DNA of 64,000 nt from Mustelus asterias (lineage: Eukaryota), in NCBI RefSeq assembly GCF_964213995.1, contig NC_135821.1, positions 4,650,001 through 4,714,000 on the forward strand, written 5' to 3'. Below, in pieces: positions 1-19,982 of the stretch (the first letter of the stretch is position 1; the number at the start of each line of letters is the position of its first letter). Both the position numbers and the translations under genes were made by a program. The notes beneath the pieces were generated by a model. It searched no databases. It was given only the letters and a program-made list of their open reading frames with translations, and had not been told where the DNA came from.

Positions 1-445
1 TCAGGCCCTGGGGCTTTGTCAGTTTTAATGTTCCCTAAAAAACCTAACACTTCCTCTCTTGTAATGGAGATTTTCTCTAACGGCTCAACACCTCCCTCCG
101 AGACACTCCCGGTTAACACGCCCCTCTCCTTCGTGAATACCGATGCAAAGTATTCATTTAGGATCTCCCCTATTCCCTTGGGTTCTAAGTATAATTCCCC
201 TCCTTTGTCCCTGAGAGGTCCGATTTTCTCCCTGACAACTCTTTTGTTCCTAACGTATGAATAGAATGCCTTAGGATTCTCCTTAATCCTGCCTGCCAAG
301 AACATCTCGTGACCTCTTTTTGCCCTTCTAACTCCCCGTTTGAGTTCTTTCCTACTCTCTCTGTATTCCTCCAGAGCTCCATTTGTTTTCAGTTGCCTGG
401 ACTTAACGTACGCCTCCCTTTTCATTTTAATCAGATCCTCAATAT
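1..445 (-). mobile_element. CR1 LINE ORF2 fragment
   Basis: Highly similar to 15131-15570 (…ENPKAFYSYVRNKRVVREKIGPL…). Confidence 0.85.
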
Positions 446-462
446 ATCCAAAGATATATAGA

Positions 463-782
463 CTCCCTACAATACAGACAGAGGCCCATCGAGTCTGCAC
501 CGACCACAATCCCACCCAGGCCCTATCCTCGTAACCCCACACATTTACCCCAGCTAATCCCCCCGACACTGGGGTCAATTTAACATGGCCAATCCACCTA
601 ACCCGCACATCTTTGGATGTGCGGGTTAGGTGGATTTAGCCATGCTAAATTGCCCCTTAGTGTCGGGGGGACTAGCTAGGGCAAATGCATGGGATTATGG
701 GGTTAGGGCCCGGGGAGGGATTGTGGTCGGTGCAGTCTCGATGGGCCAAATGGCCTCCTTCCGCATTGTAGGGATTCTATGG
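463..782. repeat. Foldback pair of V-SINE 3' halves
   Basis: CCTAACCCGCACATC-TTTG-GATGTGCGGGTTAGG centre at 612-615, with imperfect arms of about 150 bp. Confidence 0.8.
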
Positions 783-1496
783 CCCCACCCTGTGTGAGTG
801 CATGCGAGGCATTTGCGACTAAAATTAGTGCTTGCGGCTAAAACGGGTCACGTCTTTGGCTGGTCAGCGGTAGTGTAGAAGGAGCTTTGCACCTCATGTA
901 CACCATGCTAAACTGGGCATCTCAAAGCAATTCCCCAGTACAAATGTCCCTCAACCTGATAGTCGCAACACTCGCACTAAAATTAGGGCTCGCTCTGCTC
1001 CCAGTCTTGTGTGCAAGGCTGGAGAAGCGTTTTCCAGTCGCATACCCACCAGAAATTTGCAGAAAAAAAATGTTAGATAGCTTCATGAGGCTGAGTTGCA
1101 CCCAGAACCCCAGCACTAATGATCAGCCAGACCTCATTACCCGAACACAATGTAGATGTAGCAGCAAGCCAGCTGTGAAAATAGGCAGAAATACTCTCCC
1201 TGGTTTGACAGGCGCTGAGTCAGCTCTTTGCTCAACAGTTTAAATTATCCATCAGTGTGTGACACAGCCCATAGTCCCCGCCCCGGGGTGGCCACACCAG
1301 ATTAACAGGCCAACTCACCGTCTGCTCAAATTAAGCAACAGGGCTTCAGGATAAAACAACACCAGGCAGTGAGGGGACTCGCACGCAACAGAAGGGCAAG
1401 TCGGATTTCCTGAGGTGACTTACTCCTGAAGGAAGGATCTTTGCAGCTCGAATGTTGGAAAGTACTTTATTCCCTGTATCAACTTTATGTGTTACG

Positions 1497-2245
1497 GTGG
1501 CACAGTGGGTCAGCACTGCTGCCTCACAGCGCCAGGGACCCGGGTTCGATTCCCGCCTTGGGTCACTGTCTGTGCGGAGTCTGCACGTTCTCCCCGTGTC
1601 TGCATGGGTTTCCTCCGGGTGCTCCGGTTTCCTCCCACAGTCCCAAGATGTGTGGTTTAGGTGGATTGGCCGTGCTAAATTGCTCCTTAGTGTCCAAAGA
1701 TGTGTCGGTTAGGTGGATTGGCCATGCTAAATTGCCTCTTAATGTCCCAAGACATGTAGATTAGATAGATTAGCCATGCTAAATTGCCCCTTTATGTCCC
1801 AAGATGTGTAGGTTAGATGGATTAGCCGTGGTAAATTGTCCCTTAGTGTCCAAAGATGTGCAGGTTAGGTGGATTGGCCATGGTAAATTGTCCCTTAGTG
1901 TCCAAAGATGTGCAGGTTAAGTGGATTGGCCATGCCAAATTGCCCCTTCATATCCCAAGAAGTGTAGGTTAGATGGATTAGCCATGGTAAATTGTCCCTT
2001 AGTGTCCAAAGATGTGCAGGTTAGGTGGATTGGCCATGGTAAATTGTCCCTTAGTGTCCAAAGATGTGCAGGTTAAGTGGATTGGCCATGCCAAATTGCC
2101 CCTTAATGTCCCAAGAAGTGTAGGTTAGATGGATTAGCTTAGGTAACTTGTCCCTTAGTGTCTAAGGATGTGCAATTTAGGTAGATTGGTGTAGACTCGA
2201 TGGGCCGAATGGCCTTCTTCTGCACCGTAGGGATTCTCTGATTCT
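1497..2245 (+). mobile_element. HE1/V-SINE with an internal 52-bp tandem expansion (~10 units)
   Basis: tRNA-like head (GGCACAGTGG…GGTTCGATTCC), V-domain, repeated unit TCCAAAGATGTGCAGGTTAGGTGGATTGGCCATGGTAAATTGTCCCTTAGTG at ~1641-2190, and a CR1-like tail. Confidence 0.9.
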
Positions 2246-2429
2246 AAAAATAATTCCCACCCTTGTGGTTCCACTCTAGCAGCCATCAACTAGCTCATTC
2301 GCCCAGTTCTAGATAGTGAGTGTCTGTGGACTATTCAGCTGTGGGAGGCACAACTAGCAAAGAGGATTATTAAAAGAAATCGAAACTCATTTGATAGTTT
2401 GGATTACTGTTCCAGTGACATTATCAAAA

Positions 2430-3335
2430 GCAAGTCAGAGGCTGTGAATTCTGTGGTGAGTAACTCACCTCCTGACTCCCCAAAACCTGCCCATATCTCC
2501 AAGGCACAAGTCAGGAGTGTGATGGAATACTCCCCACTTGCCTGGATGGGTGCGGCTCCAACAACACTCAAGAAGCTCGACACCATCCAGGATGAAGCAG
2601 CCCCGCTTGAATGGCCCCCCATCCACAAACACCCACTCCCTCCACCACCGACGCTCAGTAGCAGCAGGGTGTACCATCTACAAAATGCACTACAGCAACT
2701 CACCAAGGCTCCTTCAACAGCATCTTCCAAACCCGTGACCTCTACCATCTAGAAGGACAAGGGCAGCAGATAAATGGGAACATCACCACCTGCAAGTTCC
2801 CCTCCAGTCACTCACCATCCTGACTTAAGTTAAGTTTAAGTTTATTTATCAGTATCACAAGTAGGCTTATATTAACACTGTAATGAAGTTACTGTGAAAA
2901 ACCTCTAATCGCCACACTCCAGCGCCTGTTTGGGTACACTGAGGAAGAATTTAGCACGGCCAATGCACCCTAACCAGCACGTCTTTCAGACTGTGGGAGG
3001 AAACTGGAGCACCCGGAGGAAACCCACACAGACACGGGGAGAAGGTGCAAACTCCACACAGACAATGACCCAAGCCGGGAATCAAACCCAGGTCCCTGGC
3101 GCTGTGAGGCAGCAGTGCTAACCACTATGCCACCGTGCCACCCTAATCCCACTCCTTCACTGTCATTGAGTCAAAAATCCTGGAACTCTCTTCCTAACAG
3201 CACTGTGGGTGGACCGACACCACAGGGATTGCAGCGATTCAAGAAGGCGGCTCACCACCACCTTCTCAAGGGGCGGTTAGGGATGGGCAATAAATGCTGG
3301 CCTAGCCAGCGACGCCCACGAACGAATAAATTAAA
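2430..3335 (+). mobile_element. Non-LTR retrotransposon 3' fragment interrupted by a minus-strand V-SINE (~2840-3136)
   Basis: KAQVRSVMEYSPLAWMGAAPTTLKKLDTIQD RT C-terminal motif. It resumes at ~3150 (WNSLPNS…FKKAAHHHLL). Confidence 0.75.
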
Positions 3336-3554
3336 AAAGTACTGAGAGAAGCTACATTGACGGAGACATTTGCCGGATTTTTACCGGCACGCCGACCCGA
3401 TTCCAGTGTGGGTGAGGCTCGCAGAATGGCATTCTCCGTTAGCCTCGGGCAAGCGAGGCGGTGAAATTCCAGCAATTGTCTTCCAGATGAAATATCAAAC
3501 TGATATTCCTGTCTGGCTTCTGCGTCTGAAAAATCTTGTGGAACTAACTGAAGG

Positions 3555-3850
3555 GCGGCATGGCGGCACAGTGGTTGGCATTGCTGCCTCATAGCGTGAG
3601 GGACCCGGGTTCAATTCCTGGCTTGGGTCACTGTCTGTGTGGAGTCTGCACGTTCTCTCCGTGTCTGCGTGGGTTTCCTCCGGGCGCTCCAGTTTCCTAG
3701 CACAGTCTGAAAGACGTGCTGGTTAGGGTGCATTGGCCGTGCTAAATTCTCCCTCAGTGTACCCGAACAGGCACCGGAGTGTGGCGACTAGGGGATTTTC
3801 ACAGTAACTTCATTGCAGTGTTAATGTCAGCCTACTTAAGACACTAATAT
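3555..3850 (+). mobile_element. V-SINE (alternative tail type)
   Basis: tRNA-like head, V core and CAGTAACTTCATTGCAGTGTTAATG tail. Confidence 0.85.
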
Positions 3851-3957
3851 ATCAACTTTAGAACAAGAGAAATGTCCTGACTAACATTCCTTCTTCAACC
3901 AACACAACATGTCTAATTGGCCATACTCTGCGCCTGTTGGCTGTTATGCCCACACGA

Positions 3958-4521
3958 GAGTTAAGAAAGCCCACCAACGCCTCTACTTTCTCAGAAGACT
4001 AAGGAAACCTGGCATGTCAGCTATGACTCTCACCAACTTTTACAGATGCACCATAGAAAGCATTCTTTCTGGTTGTAACACAGCTTGGTCTGGCTCCTGC
4101 TCTGCCCAAGGCCGCAAGGAACTACAAAAGGTTGTGAATGAAGCCCAATCCATCACGCAAACCAGCCTCTCATCCATTGACTCTGTCTACACTTCCCGCT
4201 GCCTCGGGAAAAGCAGCCAGCATAATCAAGGACCCCACGCACCCCGGACATTCTCTCTTCCACCTTCTTCCGTCGGGAAAAAGATACAGAAGTCCGAGGT
4301 CACGTACCGACCGACTCAAGAACAGCTTCTTCCCTGCTGCTGTCAGACTTTTGAATGGACTTACGTTATATTAAGTTGATCTTTCTCTACACCCTGTAAC
4401 ACTACATTCTGAACTCTTCCCTTTCCTTCTCTATGAACGGTATGCTTTGTCTGTACAGCGCTCAAGAAACAAAACTTTTCACTGTATGTCAATACATGTG
4501 ACAATAATAAATCAAATCAAA
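3958..4521 (+). mobile_element. Rex1/Babar LINE 3' end
   Basis: KKAHQRLYFLRRLRK…NFYRCTIESIL motif and AATAAA(TCAAA)n tail. Confidence 0.85.
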
Positions 4522-4879
4522 TGTTCCTCTACAAAATATTTTGGGCTGAGCTTCAGAAATGATTGGCTACCTAGCAAGCTGGGACATTCTGAGGATGTGA
4601 AAGGGATATAGAAATATCAATTCTATTGATCTGCCATTGACCAATCCTCTTCCCATCCTAACTTCGTGCAAACATTGGAGCCCCTGTAAAAGAACATTGT
4701 CTGAACCAAAATGGCTTCCCAGCTCTGTCGAAGGGATTCATGGGGGAACTTGTGGATGAAGCAGCTAACTCGTAGCCCAGGCTGATATTAATCCTACCTA
4801 ACTAGAGGCCGCATTATCTATGGACACATTAAAGGATTCGCAGAAATAGATCAGAGGAAATTGTTTTTTTACCACACAG

Positions 4880-5660
4880 CTGTTTCCTGGGATGGCAGGT
4901 CTGTCGTATGAGGAGAGACTAAGTCGGTTAGGATTATATTCACTGGAGTTTAAAAGAGTGAGAGGGAATCTCATAGAAACTTATAAAATTCTAACAGGGT
5001 TAGACAGGGTAGATTCAGAAAGAATGTTCCTGATGGGGGGGGGAGAGTCCAGAACTAGGGGGTCATAGTTTGAGGATAAGGGGTAAACCTTTTAGGACTG
5101 AGGTGAGGAGAAATTTCTTCACCCAGAGAGTGGTGAATGTGTGGAATTTTAAAAATAAACTTTATTTATTAGTGTCACAAGGCTTACATTAACACTGCAA
5201 TGAAGTTACTGTGAAAATCCCCTAGTCGCCACACTCCGGCGCCTGTTCGGGTACACTGAGGGAGAATTTAGCACGGCCAATGCACCCAACCAGCACGTCT
5301 TTGGGCTGTGGGAGGAAACCGGAGCACCCGGAGGAAACCCACGCAGACACGAGGAGAACGTGCAAACTCCACACAGACAGTGACCCGAGCCGGGAATCGA
5401 ACCGAATCGAACCCTTGTCCCTGGCGCTGTGAGGCAGCAGTGCTAACCACTGTGCCACTTACGACCACAGAAAGTAGTTGAGGCCAAAATTTTGTGATTA
5501 AGAAGAAATTAGATATAGCTCTTGGGAGCGAAAGGTTTCAAGGGATATGGAGGGAAGGGGGGGAATCAGGATACTGAATTTGATGATCAGCCATGATCAA
5601 AATGAATGGCAGAGCAGGCTTGAAGGGCCGAATGGCCTCTTCCTGCTTCTAGTTTCTATG
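4880..5660 (+). mobile_element. CR1 3' end interrupted by a minus-strand V-SINE (5155-5458)
   Basis: LSYEERLSRLGLYSLE…RRNFFTQRVV motif. The SINE splits the element after GTGGAATT. Confidence 0.8.
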
Positions 5661-6257
5661 TTGCTATGAAGGAATGGCCAATATAGTTCCAAGTCAGGAT
5701 GGTGAGTGACTTGGAGGAGGACTTGCAGTGCTCCCATGTGTCTGCTGCCCTTGGTGGTAGAGCTTGTGGGTTTGGAATGTGCAGTTGAAGGCGCCTTGGT
5801 GAGTTGCTGGAGTGCATTGTGCCGATGGTACACATGGCTGCCACTCTGCATCGGTGGTGGAGGGAGTGAATAGTTTGGGTGGTGGATGGGGTGCCCTTCA
5901 AGTGGGGCGGAGCAGGCTCGATGGGCTGAATGGCCTACTCCTGCTTCTAGTTTCTATGCAAGGTGAGTCTGGACATGGAGTCCATTCAGCCCATCTGGCC
6001 GATACTTCCACAGAAAGACGGGGGTGCCTCAATGCTGTCGCTTCCCACTCCCCGTTTGATGGACTGACCAATATTCTCTCTTAACCATTGGAATATCACT
6101 CCCATGTTTTAACCAAGTTAGTGCCTCCGTAACCAATGCTACACTTCCCTGGTTATTGATTTACCCCCTTCTCCTGCCTATTATAACTGGGTTTGACCTT
6201 TAAGTTACTTAAATGCCGTCAATGCAACAATAGAAGGTTGTTTTGTTTATCCCCCTT

Positions 6258-6940
6258 TCAAGATTCTCTTAAGGTTAACGTGCAGGTTCAGTCGGCAGTT
6301 AGGAAGGCAAATGCAATGTTAGCATTCATGTCGAGAGAGCTAGAATACAAGAGCAGGGATGTACTTCTGAAGCTGTATAAGGCTCTGGTCAGACCCCATT
6401 TGGAGTATTGTGAGCAGTTTTGGGCCCTGTATCTAAGGAAGGATCTGCTGGCCTTGGAAAGGGTCCAGAGGAGGTTCACAAGAATGATCCCTGGAATGAA
6501 GAGCTTGTCGTATAAGGAATTGTTGAGGACTCTGGGTCTGTAGTTTAGAAGGATGAAGGGGGATCTTATTGAAACTTACAGGATACCGCGAGGCCTGAAT
6601 AGAGTGGACGCGGAGAGGATGTTTCCACTCGTAGGAAAAACTAGAACCAGAGGGCACAACCTCAGGCTAAAGGGACGATCCTTTAAAACAGAGATGAGGA
6701 GGAATTTCTTCAGCCAGAGAGTGGTGAATCTGTGGAACTCTTTGCCGCAGAAGGCTGTGGAGGCCAGGTCATTGAGTGTCTTTAAGACAGAGATAGACAG
6801 GTTCTTGATTAGTAAGAGGGTCAGGGGTTATGGGGAAAAGGCAGGAGAATGGGGATGAGAAAAATATCAGCCATGATTGAATGGCGGAGCAAACTCGATG
6901 GGCCGAGTGGCCTAATTCTGCTCCTATGTCTTATGGTCTA
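6258..6940 (+). mobile_element. CR1 LINE 3' end
   Basis: ORFs LYKALVRPHLEYC… and RRNFFSQRVVNLWNSLP, followed by a CR1 3'UTR hairpin. Confidence 0.9.
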
Positions 6941-7851
6941 AGACTCAATGATTCACTGATGAACATTTCTTCTCCTATTCCAATGTTTGGCCTTATTATC
7001 CTTCTCTGCTTTGAACTAAAATGGCTGTCCTCCTTCATTGGGGGGCCTTTTTAAGTGGCTTGTACTTGCGTTTGAAAAGTAAATTTACATCAGGGAATTA
7101 CACGCCAACCTTTATCCAATAAATGCATCAAAGCAAAATGTGGGTCTAGCTGATAAGCAGCCAGGATTCACCATTCTGCGTCTCCTAGTTGCATTTATAT
7201 AGCCCCTACGGACATAGGAAGACGTGCGATTCACTGGGGCATTGTCAAATGAATTTGGACAGCGAGCCACATACGTAATTGTTGGGGGAAGGGGGGGGGG
7301 GGGAATGGATTTTGGGATGGGTGGGGTCCTTAATTAGCATCTTAAAGGAGGAGAGAGAGGCATTGAGGATCAGGGAGGGAATTCCAGAGCTTAGGTTGCA
7401 GTTGGCTGTTGGCAATGGTGGACGGTTAAAATTGCGGGGTGAGCGCGAGGCAGCAGAAAACATGGAATCCAGGAGCAAGCCGAGACCATGGCGGTGCCGA
7501 GACTGGGTGCGTCCGACATCGTCGTTCCGGATAATTATCAGTTGGGAGTGAGGGGTGGGAAGGAAGAGACTCCGTTCTCTTGCAGTTGGGTGGGGTGGAT
7601 GGATTAGCTCGAGCGGAATAACGGGGACAGCAGAGCCGGAGTTCCACACACAAGTTCCCAAAAATGGTTAATTGGAGCTGACGCCTCGGTCAGGCAAGGT
7701 CACTTTCACCGTCAGAATTCGGAAGACGTGTTGACGACGGAGCGATTCTGGCCACCCACTCGGCTAGGGGGAAAAGGGAAACTCACCCAGGTCTCGCGCG
7801 CCGCCCGTTAAATCGCAATCAGGCAAGGGGATTTCGTTTAAAGCTCCTCAC

Positions 7852-7961
7852 CATTTCTCCATGGCCGATTTCAGCTCCGCGCAGGGGGCCTGAGAGGCTG
7901 CAGCTGTGGCCTCGGTTGAGTCTGCTGCGTGGATGCTCTCCTGATCTTTCCCGTCTGACAT
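7852..7961 (-). CDS. Candidate first coding exon of an unidentified gene (MSDGKDQESIHAADSTEATAAASQAPCAELKSAMEK...)
   Basis: Non-repetitive CpG-rich segment with GCCATG Kozak context and a GTGAGG donor at 7846-7851. Upstream are a GC box (~8080) and a CCAAT (~8145). No homologue recognised and no downstream exons identified. Confidence 0.35.
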
Positions 7962-8384
7962 GGCGAAGATTCTCTGAGTAGCCGAATCCCTCTCTCCGTC
8001 TCTCTCTCTCTCTCTCTCTCTCCACTTCCCCAGAAGCTGAAGAGTGGAAGATAATTTTTTAGTCAACTGACGGCAGTAAGGGGGCGGAGGTCACCCGTGG
8101 GGCAGGAGAGATAACGTGACAGGCTTGGCTTGACTTAACTTGGTCCAATGGGAGCGGTTTAGGCATGTGCCCCTCAGTTAACTATCTGAGGGCCAGGACA
8201 AATGTCAATCACTTTATTAGTTTGCAGGCTCTTGCTAAACTGGAGCTTTCCCCTTGAAGTTAGACAGTGGGTAACACATTGGTTCTGGATTGGAATGTCA
8301 TGGGTTCAAGTCCTCCCCTCGAGACCTGAGCACAAACATTCGGGGCCGATGCACCTCTGCGTAGCACTGAGGGAGTTCCACACT

Positions 8385-8713
8385 ATCTGTAACCCCCACG
8401 ACTTGCCTGGGCTTGCAAAATCTCACTAACTGTCCCGGCTGGAGACAATACACATCTCTTTAACCCTCTCTCCACTCACATTGTCTGTACCTTTAAGACT
8501 TGATTACCTGTAAAGACGCGCATTCCAACCATTATTTTGTAAATTGAGTTTGAGTCTTTATATGCCCTGTTTGTGAACAGAACTCCCACTCGCCTGATGA
8601 AGGGGCAGCGCTCCGAAAGCTTGTGCTACCAAAAAGACCTGTTGGACTTTAACCTGGTGTTGTGAGACTTCTTACTGTGTTTACCCCAGTTTAACGCCGA
8701 CATCTCCACATCA
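8385..8713 (+). mobile_element. Penelope-like element terminus with hammerhead ribozyme, 13-bp TSD
   Basis: Flanked by GGAGTTCCACACT at 8372-8384 and 8714-8726. Contains CTGATGA-AGGGGCAGCGCTCC-GAAA-GCTT at 8594-8622. Confidence 0.75.
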
Positions 8714-8869
8714 GGAGTTCCACACTGTCAGGGATGCACTTTTTCAAATGAGGTGTTTAAGTTTTAAGTTTCTTTATTAGCATGGCTAATCCAACTAACC
8801 TGCACATCTAAAGTTTAAGTTCATTTATTAGCATGGCTAATCCACCTAACCTGCACATCTAAAGTTTAA

Positions 8870-9140
8870 AGTTTTTTTATTAGTGTCACAAGTAGGCTTA
8901 CATTAACACTGCAATGAAGTCACTGTGAAAATCCCCTGGTCCCCACACTCTGGTGCCTGTTCGGGGACACTGAGGGAGAATTTAGCATGGCCAATGTACC
9001 CTAACCAGCACGTCTTTCGGACTGCGGGAGGAAACTGGAGCACCCGGAGGAAACCCACGCAGACACGGGGAGGAATGTGCAGACTCCGCACAGTGACCCA
9101 AGCCGGGAATCGAACCCAGGTGAGGCAGCAGTGCCAACCA
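8870..9140 (-). mobile_element. V-SINE
   Basis: Reverse complement of the SINE consensus seen at 3555. Confidence 0.85.
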
Positions 9141-9191
9141 CCGTTAAAGGGTTAAAGAGGCCTCACCTGCTCTCTCAGCTAGACTAAATAA

Positions 9192-9782
9192 ACATAGAAC
9201 AGTACAGCACAGGTACAGGCCCTTCGGCCCACAATGTTGTGCCAAACACAACGCCAAATTAAACTCATCCCTTCTGCCTGCCTTTGCTCCCTATCCCTCT
9301 ATTCCTCGTGTATTAATGTGCTTATCTAAAGGTCCCGTAAACACCCTTATCGTATCTGCCTCCGCCACCACCCCTGGCAGCACATTCCAGACACCTACCC
9401 CTCTCTGTGTAGACAACTTGCCCTTCATGTCTCCTTTGAACTTTCCCCTCTCACCTTAAGTGCGTGCCCCCTCGTATTAGACATTTCAACTCTGGGGGAA
9501 AAAGATTGTCAACCCTATCTGTGCCTCTCATCATTTTATAGACTTTTATCAGGTCTCCCCTCAGCCGCTCCAGAGAAAACAACCCTCGTTTGCCCAGCCT
9601 CCCCTTATAGCTTATGCCCGCTAATCCAGACAGCATCCTGGTCAACCTCTTCTGCACCCTCTCCACGTCCTTCCTGTAATGTGCCAAACAGAATTGAACG
9701 CAGTTTAAGTGCGGCCTAACCAAAGGTTTATAAAGCTGCAACATGACACCTTGATTCTTGTACTCAGTGCCCTGACCAATAA
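9192..9782 (-). mobile_element. CR1 LINE 3' end
   Basis: ORF 9451-9744 (LYKPLVRPHL…). Confidence 0.85.
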
Positions 9783-12296
9783 AGAGCAGTTCTCCTTGGG
9801 AATCCTGGCCAATATTTAGTCCTTTACCAATATCATTAAGACATTATCTGGCTATTTCTCCCCCTGCTCTTTGTGGGATCTTGCTGTGTTTCCAGCTTTG
9901 CACCAATGACTAAAATTGTCTGTAAATCACCGTGTGATATAAATGCAAGTATTCCTATTCATGGAGAACTAGGCACTTTGGAATAGAAACTAGAAGCAGG
10001 TGTAGGCCATTTGGCCCTTCGAGCCTGCTCCACCATTCTTTTTTAAAAATTCATTCATGGGCATCATTGGCTAGACCAGCATTTATTGCCCATTCCTGGT
10101 CACCCTTGATCTGAGCTTGCTCAGCCATTTCAGAGGCCAGTTGAGAGTCAACCACATTGCTGTGGCTCTGAAGTCACATGTAGGCCAGACTGGGTAAGGA
10201 CAGCAGATTTCCTTCCCTAAAGGACATCAGTGAACCAGATGGGTTTTTCCTGACAATCGGCAATGGCTTCATGGTCATCAGTAGATTCTTAATTCCAGAT
10301 ATTTTTTGTTGAGTTCAAATTCCACCATCTGCTGTTGAGGGATTCGAACCCAGGTCCCCCAGAACATGAGCTGAGTTTCTGGATTAATAGTCAAGCAATA
10401 ATACCAGTAGTCCATTGCCTCCCCTATCAAATATTGAACTTGATGATTGTGGCTGATTATCAAATTCAATATTCTGATCCCCCCACCCCTGTATCCCTTT
10501 AGCTCCATGAACTATATCTAAATTTCTTTGCGAAATTGCAATGTTTTGGCTTCAACTACTTTCTGTGGGAGTGAATTCCACAGATGCTCTGGTGAAGAAA
10601 TTTCTCCTCACCTCAGTCCTAAAAGGTTTACCCCTTACCCTCAAACTATGACCCCTAGTTCTGGACTCCCCCACCATCAGGAACATTCTTTCTGAATCTA
10701 CCCTGTCTAACACTCCCCATGAGGTGTGAAATTCCATGCAACATGTCATGTAGTTTTGAAAAACATTCTCTTCAATCTGTTTGTGGTTTGCTGGAGTTGT
10801 GTACATCTCATTCAGTTACAACTTTCCATTATGACAACACCTGTCACCCATGTCTCCTAACATTATTAGCAAAGTCTAGTGACATGATCTGACATTTGTT
10901 TCTTAAAGTCTTCTCATTCAGAATCCCTACAGTGCAGAAGGCCTATTGAGTGTGCACTGACTACAATCCCACCCAGGCCCTATCCCCATACATTTACCCT
11001 AGCTAATCCCCCTGACACTAGAGCAATTTAGCATGGCCAATCCACCCATCTTTGTAATGTGGGAGGAAACCCACAGACATGGGAGAACGTGCAAACTCCA
11101 CACAGACAGTGACCCAAGCTGGGACTTGAACCAGGATCCCTGGAACTGAGGCAGCAGGGACCATATCAGAAGCACCCAGTCTTTTGCAGTTGGTGATGTG
11201 ATCATCTTCAGAGTAGTGATTCTTCAGACAATCACAGTTGAATAAAGTGGAAGACACTGGAATTCACTACCACAAACCTTGCCCAATTAAGAAATTAGAT
11301 CTTGCTCTTGGGACTAAAGGGATATGGGAGGAAGAGGAAATCAGGATATTAAATATTAGTCATGATCAAAATGAATGGCAGAGCAGGCGTGAAGGGCTCA
11401 ATACCCTCCTGCTTCTGGACCAGGGAACTGAGGTCAGAATAGCCAAACTAGCTTAGGGGGTTATTAAAAAAAAAGGGGCAGCATGGACAAGTTGGGCCAA
11501 AGGGCCTGTTTCCATGCTGTAAACCTCTGACTCCTTCGATATATTGAAAAAATAAAATCACAAAATATCTCAAAAATGAGCGAGCTATTTGGCTCCTAAA
11601 GCCCACTCCACCATCCTGTAAGATCATGGCCTCGGTCAGGACCTCCTCCCCCAAACATCAAATTGGTTAGAAATCCATAGCCCACATTAAAGATATATTC
11701 CAAGTACTAAAGATAGTAGGGGACCCGAGTGGCAAGTCTCCACTACACTGGAGAATTCTCAAAAAAAAAATCTTCATTTCCATCTTAAATGGAAAGCCCG
11801 TTATTGGAAAACAGCCTCTCAGCAATCCACCCTGCATTTGGATCATTATGTTTATATATTAAAAAATTCTTATACAGTTCAGTGTGTATGGACCCAACCT
11901 TTCCTGCAGGAATCTCAGAATTGTATAATCAGGCTTAGGCAGTAGGTTGTTCACAGCTGGCCTTAGGTTTGCTATGACATTCCAACATAACAACCTACCA
12001 GCAGGTTGTGGTTATTTGACCCCTAATATTAATGTTAAGCACCTTGGGACAATTATCGATTACAGCAGGTAATTTTTGGAAGGGAGCACAATATTCACTG
12101 AGTTTTTCATAATTTGAGTACTAGCAACAGCCAGGAGACTTCTACATACACAACTCAAGCTGATGCCAACTTCTTGCAGTAAATCTAGACAACCTACCAG
12201 TTGTAATAAACAGATTTTATTTCAAGCAGTTTGAAGTCAAGACTTGGACACAGCCAGGGCATTGGGCACATGATATAGGATTGTCCTGGGTTTGCT

Positions 12297-19940
<7,644 letters not shown>

Positions 19941-19982
19941 CTAGAAAGTTCTAGAACTGCCCCTTTCTAAGGCAAGCTCTTG

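Noticed and set aside
1497-1560. SINE heads as tRNA genes
   Set aside because: They have A/B boxes only, continue into the SINE body and show no complete cloverleaf.
1641-2190. Regular repeat array resembling CRISPR
   Set aside because: The units are contiguous SINE-derived repeats with no unique spacers, in a eukaryotic context.
4620-4700. Strong minus-strand acceptor (TGTTCTTTTACAG) as exon 2 of the candidate gene
   Set aside because: The frame continuing from the candidate first exon hits a stop, and no clear donor or homology was found.
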